Shown here: piece by piece, positions 9,101-17,600 of the stretch
How the letters are laid out: each line of letters begins with the position of its first letter
Position numbering within the stretch: position 1 is the stretch's first letter
From: Candidatus Woesearchaeota archaeon
Lineage (GTDB): Archaea; Nanobdellota; Nanobdellia; Woesearchaeales; 0-14-0-80-44-23
Assembly: GCA_038874135.1 (NCBI GenBank)
Contig: JAVZCZ010000001.1
Span: 751,219-815,218 of the forward strand
Direction: 5' to 3'
DNA: 64,000 nucleotides
Translations under genes and position numbers: made by a program
Notes under the pieces: model-generated
Database searches by the model: none
Told to the model about the DNA's origin: nothing
Seen by the model: only the letters and a program-made list of their open reading frames with translations

Positions 9101-9636
9101 AGTTGGGTGAGTATAATAGGTTGAATGGGGTGTTGGATGATTTGGAGTTTTGGATTGGCGAGTTGGAGCGTTTGGGTGTGGACGTGTTTGATTTGAGGTT
9201 GGAGTTGAAGTTGGCTTGGGATAAGTTGAGGGTTGGGGGGTTTGGGATGGTGGATGTTTATGTTGAGGGTTTGAGGCCTCGCGTGTTGGGCGAGTTTGAG
9301 CGTTTGGGGAGGCCTGTTCCTAAGCGTGAGGTTAAACGCCTTTCAGATGAGGAGCTGCAGAAGGAAAAGGAGATTGCTATGCAGGAACATGAGAAAGCAA
9401 AACAGCAGGAAGCAGGACAAACTTCACAAAATTCAGATTCCAAGACAGAAACTTCCCAAATTCAAAACACAAAAGTTGAAGAGCAGCCCAGCCAAAATGA
9501 AAAGGCCGAGAACCAAGAGAATGCAAAATCCTCAAATGAAAATAAAATTAAAAGAGTAAGGGAGGGTAAAAAGCAGAGGATGAGGAAATCAGCAAGTTCG
9601 GAAAAAAATAATAAAAAAAGAGGTGCTAAAAAATGA
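6094..9636 (+). CDS. Receptor-ATPase 2: N-terminal signal-anchor, ~640-aa glycosylated ectodomain (two carboxypeptidase-regulatory-like domains plus two membrane-proximal beta-sandwich domains), TM helix, cytoplasmic HerA/FtsK-like ATPase identical to that of ATPase 1, K/E/Q-rich low-complexity tail
   Basis: RRRQQLYILLGILGVLLAVGVILLI is the anchor. GRAIDNATGLPLENVTVNLHTATVLTNSTGDYYIAIFNGTYTLVAFKPGYY and a second similar unit are CarboxypepD_reg-like. The second TM helix is LFIIIVFTSLMTFAGLMY. Nucleotides 8201-9356 are identical to 4021-5176. Confidence 0.85.
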   Translation: MNKNPTFRILERDRQLERRRQQLYILLGILGVLLAVGVILLIRMFIGYAVLESRAGTITQLNIQLRYSTHIWAGFYGLAFRVPGYTEQQSAVAVGGTVFLQHLVFDCLKTTDGNIPEVYASTSRNIDWNSLQPATPDLIDSYLQVDPSDITSASNTFTETMSILLGDREITNIAATHTKKFGVPDSTDFDIGFLKDSLGNLVFVTHVTPTYTKGFNNQTINYQMLLPVQAGTAPVYYFFSDPYDECQAGLEALKNATIFGRAIDNATGLPLENVTVNLHTATVLTNSTGDYYIAIFNGTYTLVAFKPGYYTFVATNITLPADNLSTPQSENIVEFNISLIPNPGNPTGLGNLTGTVTDKDFGIPLYNVTVYVNGRIAKTNITGQYLLELPAGNHSLIAMKENYRTYYTPNVTILPGNTTEFNFSMEYAEPEIKETPGYPLNTFVSNLLKQAVQRPQIILTHKIDTKEIFETLKVGSYVQRSFNITSYRPAESKVEFEVIGSAAQLVKVDKSSSIIPPRGAENFTLTILANVPPGIYTGTFLIKGDLEDRIPIKIVVYEKDRLPIEALLLEVVPIKKIISPGELFEYKVSMTNLLRDTPYNITLSYNITSRSSNLTIPVEEETRLLETQLSYLKYYKLPKDLPEGEYFLETRAEFLELSTNTKSLFIVKKPIYMYALFGILPLWQLFIIIVFTSLMTFAGLMYRKRVLASRRYGVSVDLRSFPSSGRLVRLGKLAEYGRDFWFDLDGLTTHCIVAGATGGGKTVAAQVLVEEALKAGVAVVVFDPTAQWSGFLRPCSDKGMLSLYSGFGLRRSDARGFPGNVRQVLDAREVFDVRRFMRPGEIEILSLNRLRPEEIDVFVANTVRSVFDAGLDECRELRLLLVYDEVHRLLPRFGGSGEGFVQIERACREFRKWGVGVVLISQVLSDFVGEIKANINTEVQMRTRDEGDLERIRVKYGDAYLRGLVRASVGTGMFENPGYNGGRPFFVSFRPLLHSVVRLSDAELGEYNRLNGVLDDLEFWIGELERLGVDVFDLRLELKLAWDKLRVGGFGMVDVYVEGLRPRVLGEFERLGRPVPKREVKRLSDEELQKEKEIAMQEHEKAKQQEAGQTSQNSDSKTETSQIQNTKVEEQPSQNEKAENQENAKSSNENKIKRVREGKKQRMRKSASSEKNNKKRGAKK
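8201..9356 (+). repeat. Copy 2 of the 1156-bp ATPase cassette
   Basis: See copy 1; it is a direct repeat in the same orientation. Confidence 0.9.
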
Positions 9637-10457
9637 AGTCAAAAAAATCAGTTAAGTATAGAGCGAGAGTTCACAATAAGGCTAACTCAAGCAAGAAAGA
9701 TTTGAGAAAAAAGAAGGTTCGCATTGAGAGAAAAAATAGCACTAAAACAATTAGTAAAGAAACATCACCTAAAAAATCCAAAGCTTACTTAAAAAAGCGA
9801 TTTGGCAAGATTGATAACAGAGTTATTAAAAATAAAAATAATAAAGTAAAACCAGGAGCTTTAAAGCACAGAAAAAAAGAGAAGAAGCAGAATGTTCAAA
9901 AAAGAAGAAAAGCAATGCAAAAAAAGCCAGCGCCTGAAAACGCAGCCGCAGCAACCAACCAAGTACAGACAAATACGACTTCAACAGCTCAGCAGGCAAA
10001 TTCTCAAATTGAAACACATTCAGATGTGGAAGCGCTTCAAAAAGAATACTCAGATATCAACAGCTATCTGGTTCAGCGAAGAAAAGCGGGAGTTGACACC
10101 TTCATACAGGAACTGAAACTTTTTTCAATACCGTCAAAAATTCAGCTTTTAAAGGCAGAATACTCAAAAGATTATGCTGACAAGATTAGAGTTCAACTTA
10201 ATGAGATTAGAGAAGAGTTAGAAAAAGCAGAACCTCAACCGACCCCCCTTGACCTTCCTAAAGTTCAGCCGAACCAGCCGAATCCATTCTCAGAGCAACA
10301 GCTCACAAGTCAGAATAATAATCATCCCTTAACGCAGGATGCAGAAAACTATTCAAAAGAACTAGCTGAGAAGCGCCTTTCAAATAAAATAAAAAATTCT
10401 CTGAGAAATGCTTCCAAAAAAGTTATGTCCATATTCAAAAAAGGAGGTGGAAATTAG
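9633..10457 (+). CDS. Lysine-rich basic protein (histone H1-like low-complexity N-terminal half) with C-terminal coiled-coil region
   Basis: Its ATG overlaps the upstream stop (ATGA). The N-terminal ~100 aa are about 35% K/R (KKSVKYRARVHNK...KKEKKQNVQKRRKAMQKK). The C-terminal part has heptad-like periodicity. Internal alternative-frame ORFs (9296..9559, 9892..10116) are artefacts of the A-rich sequence. Confidence 0.6.
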   Translation: MKSKKSVKYRARVHNKANSSKKDLRKKKVRIERKNSTKTISKETSPKKSKAYLKKRFGKIDNRVIKNKNNKVKPGALKHRKKEKKQNVQKRRKAMQKKPAPENAAAATNQVQTNTTSTAQQANSQIETHSDVEALQKEYSDINSYLVQRRKAGVDTFIQELKLFSIPSKIQLLKAEYSKDYADKIRVQLNEIREELEKAEPQPTPLDLPKVQPNQPNPFSEQQLTSQNNNHPLTQDAENYSKELAEKRLSNKIKNSLRNASKKVMSIFKKGGGN

Positions 10458-11615
10458 ATGTTCAACCTTTTCAAACGGAAAAACTCTGAAGAAGTTCCCA
10501 ATCAACAATCAGCTAACGAAGATCTGACAGCTCCAGCACAAACCCAGCAAACTGCTACTACGCAAGGACAGGAAAACCTCGCTGCAGAATTAATGAAGAT
10601 TAAGGCAGAAGTGGAAGCATTTTCAGATGTAAGAAAAGCCACAAATGAGAAACTTACAAGACTAAGCGAGCAGATTGGAGAGCTAAGAGCAATGATTGCA
10701 GACAGAGACAAGGTGATGAATCAGATAGAGGTTAAAGCTACAAAGGCAGCAGATCTCGTAGCCACAGTTAAGCCTGAAGAGCAGATGGTAGAAATAAAGC
10801 GTCAGGATGCAAAACTTGAAGCGTTTAAAGCATCTCTGGAGAGCAATGAACTTTTGATGAAGAGAGTTTTAGACGAACTTAAAGAGATGAGAACAAAGAT
10901 AGCTTCCTTCCGCGGAATTGAGGAACTAATCAACCTTAACAATGAAGTAAAATCTGAAATAATTGAAATAAAAAAGGTTGAAGCAAACATACAAAAGCAT
11001 GCAGACAAGGTAGAAACGATATTTGCAGAGGTTCAGAAAAGATTCGTTGACTTTACAAAAATTGATGATAGGATAGCATCCAACACGAAGCAAATAGCAG
11101 AGCTATCAAAGAACTTGGACGGAGTGAAGGCAACTGCCTCGGCAGCAGCCACAAAAAAGAGTGTAGATGAACTAACTTCCAAATTCTTAGAAATGAAAGA
11201 CCAACTCTCAGAACTGGTTTCAACAATAAACAAGCGCCTCTCCTTAGTGGAGAAGAACAATTCTGCAGCATTTGAAGCTTTTGAAAAAGCGATAATGCAC
11301 AAGTTTAAACTTTCAAAAGAGGAAGTAGCTGTATTTAAAGAGCAAGTACAGCAGAATCAGCAAGCCCAGCCAACTCAGCAAATATCCCAGCCGCAGGATG
11401 TCTCTCAAAAGAGCAATACTCAAGAGCAAAATCTTCAGACCAGTGAAGCACCCGAAGCTCTACCACAGCCGCAAGCCTCTCAGCAGGTTCAGCAGCCGCA
11501 GAGTGAGCCAAATGAGCAAGACTCAAAAAAGCCTGACAGCAGCATTCAGAAAGAGATAAGAGAAGCAGCCAAGTTTGCTAAAAGGATAAAAAGCAAAAAA
11601 AGAAAGAAGAAATGA
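10458..11615 (+). CDS. Long coiled-coil protein with Gln-rich ends and K-rich C-terminus (scaffold/filament-like)
   Basis: It starts directly after the upstream stop. The central ~250 aa have a continuous heptad pattern (ELMKIKAEVEAFSDVRKATNEKLTRLSEQIGELRAMIADRDKV...). It has no TM segment. Confidence 0.65.
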   Translation: MFNLFKRKNSEEVPNQQSANEDLTAPAQTQQTATTQGQENLAAELMKIKAEVEAFSDVRKATNEKLTRLSEQIGELRAMIADRDKVMNQIEVKATKAADLVATVKPEEQMVEIKRQDAKLEAFKASLESNELLMKRVLDELKEMRTKIASFRGIEELINLNNEVKSEIIEIKKVEANIQKHADKVETIFAEVQKRFVDFTKIDDRIASNTKQIAELSKNLDGVKATASAAATKKSVDELTSKFLEMKDQLSELVSTINKRLSLVEKNNSAAFEAFEKAIMHKFKLSKEEVAVFKEQVQQNQQAQPTQQISQPQDVSQKSNTQEQNLQTSEAPEALPQPQASQQVQQPQSEPNEQDSKKPDSSIQKEIREAAKFAKRIKSKKRKKK

Positions 11616-14600
11616 ATAGCTCCAAATTTTTCAAACTAATAATTTTAGGGTTTATAATAGTGGTAGGTCTCCTAAGCCAGTCAAAAGCAGACAGCATCCA
11701 AGCAGTATATGGCAATACTCAACTCATACTCACAGACAAGCCGCAGTACACTTTGGGAGAAAGTGTAAAGATAAACATACTAATCCCAACACAACTGCTT
11801 TCAGGAATGAATGTTGAAATAGATACCCCTGCTAGCAGATACCAACTTCTTGATTCAAATCTTTCAGAAGTATACTTCACTCCACAGCAAGAGGGAAACT
11901 ATACTATTAAAATATCTTCAGCAGCTGGGAATTTAATATCATCAACTTCTTTTTTAGTACTAAGAAAATCTGAAGTTGAAATTCCCTCATCAGATAGCAC
12001 CAGCCCCAAATTGTCTGCAAAAAACTGGAAGGGAAATTATCAAAAAATACTAAGACAGGAATACCTACCTGCCAACAAGAAGCTTTCAATAGAATTCTCA
12101 GAACTTTCAATACAGAAGATTGATTTTTACAATGTTTCAAATCCGAATGGAGAACTGAAAATAGAAGATGTGCCTCTATCTTATGTTGAAAACTTTTCAG
12201 GAAGAGCAGCGCGCTCATTTGCAATAGACCCAACTTTATTAGAATTTACTTATGCTGAAATTTACTTTACTGCAACTGCCAACGAGCTGTGGAAGTGCCG
12301 CGAATACGACTTCTCAACTAGAAGCTGCGCGGGAAGATATGTAAAAATAATGGACACCATTCCGGGCAGGCAGTATATCTTACACCTCACCAAAGAGGAT
12401 CCTCTCTACACAGAAGTATGGAACAATATAACCTGCACCTGCCAGAATACAGGCCCAAATAACGGCTGGGCATACTGCGAGGTATTCTGTCCGGTCAACA
12501 TTCCAATACCAACAGACGCTTTAGATGGATTCATTCAGATACTAGGCTATAATGTCACCATCACTACATCCTACCCGGCAGGCGGGTACATCACGCCTAA
12601 TTCTGGAATGCACTACGGCTTCTTTGATAGGGACCAGCTGAAAAGCAACGGAAACGAATCCCTAATAGGCTATGTGGCTTATGATGGCCCCGGAACAACC
12701 ACTCAGCTCATATACAACACCAGCATGGCACCGTCTGGAGCATATGCATTTAACAGGGCAAACTGCCCGACTTGGACCTCAGGATACTGCACCTGGTATG
12801 TATTTCTCAACTCAACTGCAAAGAGCAGCAAGGTTAAAAGGCCTGTGACTGTTAATATAACTCTTAATAGCATAAACTGGACTTGGAATTATACAACCCC
12901 TGCGCCTTCAAACATTACAATAAACCTTACAAGTCCAGCAGACAATACTGCCCTCGGATTTAGAAATGTGAATTTTTCCTATATTCCCATTTCAAGTTCT
13001 CCAGTTTCAAACTGCAGCCTTTTTATAAACATTACAGGTAGTTGGAATGCAGTTGCCACAAGCTACTCAATACAAAATAATTCTGTCAACAGTATAAATT
13101 ATACTCTTTCTAACGATGGCGAATACCTCTGGAATATCAGGTGTTATGCTGGAGACATCAGCAGTTTTGCACTATACAACAGAACTCTAATAGTTGATAC
13201 CGCACCCCCTTCAGTCACACTTCTTTCTCCTAACAATAACTCATTTTCTAACACATCTATAATCTCTTTCATTTACAATGTGAGTGACAACTTTAACATT
13301 GCTAACTGCTCATTAATACTGGACAATGTTCTAGTTGCAACTTCATACGCAGTTACTAAATATGTCCCGCAGAATATTACCTACGCGTTATCTAATGGCG
13401 TCCACAACTGGAGCATAACTTGTTTTGACTTTGCAGGCAATTTTAACATTTCCGAAAGTAGGATCATAAATATATCCGCAGTACCTACCATCTGGGACAG
13501 AAGGTGGTATGAAACTTCAACATCAGATTATACCTCTACAGCAAACATTTCTCTCGCAAATTTAAGGGACTCAACAGAAAATTCCATATCCGTTTCAGTT
13601 CCAGTTTCAACATCTTACACCCTTGTAGATGCGATTTCTCCATACATTGGAAGCAACGGGGCATTCGTTCCCAAAGGCACAAATGTATCTTTCAGCGGAG
13701 AATTCTCTACCAGCCCAAATGCAAAGGGAGTTATAAGCTGGTTCTTATACCAGACTGAGGGTTCAACAAAAAACCTTCTCTGTAATTACGGAAATGGCGG
13801 CTCGCTAGGCGCACCCATCTCATCAACAACAACTGCAAGCTGCACTATACAAAATGACACTCTAATGCTCCCAACAAATAGATTACAACTTATTATAATC
13901 TACTATAACAATTTCAAAAATTTAGTGTCTGTAACCCACTATTGGGATGGCACTAGGCTCTCGTTCGTTGAATTTTCAAACTTTACTACCTTAGGAACAT
14001 TAAGCGTTGACCTCTCCTATCCAGACACGGATATAACAGTGGGCCAGAACGAACTGTTCAATATGAGCTGCACAGTTAACTGCTCAGGAGGAAGCTGTCT
14101 TAACACACTCGTCTATGCACAGTATAACACGAGCTCAACGGCATTCACCAACATAGGAAGCTCCGGAAATCTCATTCTTAACACTGGAGAGACAAATCCC
14201 CATTCTCTCGGGAATATCAACCAGAGCTACACTACAACATTCTTAATAAAAGGAAACCTTGCATCAACAAACAACATAAGATGCGTAGCAGTTTCAAACT
14301 ATTCAAACGCTACAGGCCAGATTATAAGAAGGGTAGTTGTGGGGGACACTACGCCTCCAACAGTAAGTCTTGGAAATCCAGCAAACTTTTCTTGGCTGAA
14401 GAGTAAAACAGTAACAATCTATTACACGCCCTCAGACAACAGCGGAATTACTAACTGTTCAATATACTTGAATGATATTTTGAATTATACTCTTAATTCA
14501 GTTCCGAACGGGATTGAGCAGAACTTCACATTCCATAATCTTTCAGACGGACTTTACAATTGGACTGTAGCATGTACTGACAATTCGGCACTAACTACCA

Positions 14601-17600
14601 GGGCAGCTGAAAAATGGTTCTATATAGACACACAGAATCCCTCAGTAGAATTGCACCAGCCGGAAAACTTCATAGTTCTAGGAAGCAGCCTTGTGTTGTT
14701 CAACTTCACTGCATATGACGAAATGGCTTTCAACCTATCATGTAACCTGACAGCTGATAATATAATCAGAATTTCCGGCATAAACTCTCTAAACAGTACA
14801 CCTACAATAGTTAATTACACCCTTTCTATGGGGCAGCACTACTGGAATGTCACCTGTAGAGACCTTGCAGGAAACATTAACACGAGCGAGACTAGAACAT
14901 TTAATATAACAAACACTCCTCCTGAAGTTACCCTCATCTCCCCTCCTAACAACTACTGGGATAGAATAGGCAACATAACATTCATATTTAATGCCACAGA
15001 CACAGGCCTAATTTCAAACTGCTCACTAATAATAAATGGCCAGCTGAACCAGACTAAAAATTCAACTTTCTTAACTAACGGCATAAACAACTTTACTATT
15101 CTAAATATGGAATCGGGAGTTTATCTTTGGGAAGTAAACTGTACTGATGAGGGAAACCTGAGCACAATAGCAGGACCTTTCACGCTAAATGTTGATAAGA
15201 GCGTACCTTCTGTTCAGCTCGTATTCCCATCAAACTACTACAACTCCTCAGCTTCCTCTATTGTTCTGCAATTCATAACTACAGATGCTCATTCAGCAAA
15301 CCTCTCCTGCAACTTAACAATTGATGGCATTCTAAATTCAACAGACATAATAGCCCAAAATAATAGTTTAGTCTCACAGCCCATAACCTTCTATGATGGA
15401 ATTCACAATTGGAGTGTCTCCTGCTCTGATCTTGCTGGAAACCTGAATTCTACAAACACCTGGTATTTCAACATTTCAGAAAAACCTTCAGTATCGCTAA
15501 GCAGTCCTGCACCTAACGCCTGGACTAATGGTAATGTCACTTTCACATTTACAGCGTCTGACAATGACGGGCTTTACAACTGCTCTTTATTAATAAATGG
15601 AGCAGTCTATCAAACAAAGAATTCATCGCAACTTACAAATGGCGGACAGAACAACTTCACTGTAACAAATTTGCTTGAAGGAATAAACCAGCAGTGGACA
15701 GTAATCTGCTTTGATTTGGGAATATACAAGAACTTCTACTCACCATCTACAAGAATATTCCATGTGGATAAAACGCCTCCAGCAATAACTCTTAACTACC
15801 CTGCTGATTCAGCTCAGATAAAACAGAAGAATGTCAGCTTTAATTTCAGCGCCTCAGATAACTTCGCTTCTAACCTCTATTGCAACCTGTCCATAAACGG
15901 CCAGATTAACACTTCTGAAATAGCTGTTCAGTCAGGAAGTTCAGTTATCGTGAATGTTTCAGGATTTCCTAACGGTTTATACTACTGGAATGTCTCCTGT
16001 AGGGATTATGCTTACAATGTGAACTGGAGCGAGACAAATTCTTTTAATGTTTCAGTTCCTCCAGAGGTGTTTTTAGAATACCCCCTTGAAGGGCAGTGGG
16101 ACAATTCTGAGAATGTAACATTTTATTACTTAGTAACATCAAATGCAGAGTTACAGTCATGTTCTCTCATAATTAACGGGCAGTTAAATCAGACTGACAA
16201 TTCTCCAGTTAGTTCAGCATACAACAATTTTACCATTTTCCTAATGCCTGAAGGCTATTACACTTGGATGGTAAACTGCACTGATTCATATTGGCTAACC
16301 GGTTCTTCAAATTTGAGGAACCTCACCATTGACAGACAAGCTCCTTGGATAGTGCTAAATTCTCCTTCTAATTCTTCAATTGTTGACTCTAACTATGTAA
16401 CATTTAACTGGACTGCTTTTGACATGATGGCAGATAATATAAGCTGTGACCTATACGTAGATGATTATTTAAGAGAATCAGAAATATATTCTAAAAATGG
16501 AACACCTACCACTAGAACATACATATACTCTGACGGCACCTACTATTGGAATGTTTCATGTCGCGACCCTGCCTATAACATTAATTGGAGCCAAACTTAT
16601 AATTTCACTGTTGAGGCACCTCCAAATGTCACTCTCATAAGTCCTTCTAACTATAACTGGAGCACCGCTTATAGTATAACTTTTGCTTACTTACCTCAAG
16701 ACCCAATAGGGATAAGACAATGCACACTCTACTTTGATGGAAGCCCTAATCAGACTGATTACGACATAGAAGCTAACCAGCTGAATTATTTCACTATAAA
16801 TCCTATAAGTGAGGGAGTTCATACTTGGAGTGTTAACTGCACTGATTCAGATTGGAATACTTACATGCCGCCAGCCTTTACTCTTTATATTGACCGCACC
16901 CCGCCAACAATTGTTATAGAATCTCCTGTCAACCTGTCTGTTTTTTCAATTCCAGATGTAACCTTCAACTTTACTGCGATTGACATGTTATCAGATAATA
17001 TTTCGTGCAAAATAACTATAAATGGTAATTTGAACAGAACTATAACAGTACAGAATGATACTCCTTACAATTTCACGATTGTAAAAATGTCAGATAATAT
17101 CTATTATTGGAATGTGTCCTGCTCAGATTTAGCCGGAAATGCAAATGCTAGCAACACCATGCAGTTTACTGTAAGCGCTATTCCTTCAATAATTCCCATA
17201 TCGCCTGCCAACTTAAGTTGGAGTGAAGTATCACAGATAACATTTTACTTTAATGCAACCGACAACGATGGGCTTTCTAATTGCACTTTACTAATTAATG
17301 GTGTAGCAAATCAGACAAAATCTTCAGGTTTAATAAATGGTGGCATAAACAATATCACTTCTACTCTTACTGAAGGAGAATATGATTGGAGTATCGCTTG
17401 TACAGATTCGGGCATATTCTATAATCTCAACTTGTCCGCTCCTCAAAAGATTTTTGTTGATCTAAATTCCCCGCTGATTGTTCTTTACGCCCCTCTCAGC
17501 GGTAGCATTACTGAAAATAATTCTCCAGTTCTAAATTTTACTGCTTCAGACACGATGTACCCAATTATGTATTGCAACATTACTCTTGACGGAAAATTGA

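Noticed and set aside
3183-9636. Diversity-generating retroelement (template/variable repeat pair)
   Set aside because: The paired repeats are 100% identical rather than differing at adenine positions. No reverse transcriptase or accessory gene is present in the window. The repeats cover conserved catalytic cores and structural blades, not a C-terminal variable region. An RT outside the window cannot be excluded.
9296-10116. ORFs 9296..9559, 9826..10017, 9892..10116 in the lysine-rich region
   Set aside because: These alternative frames of A-rich (AAA/AAG) sequence translate into K/Q/R low-complexity strings. The in-frame genes 6094..9636 and 9633..10457 explain the region.
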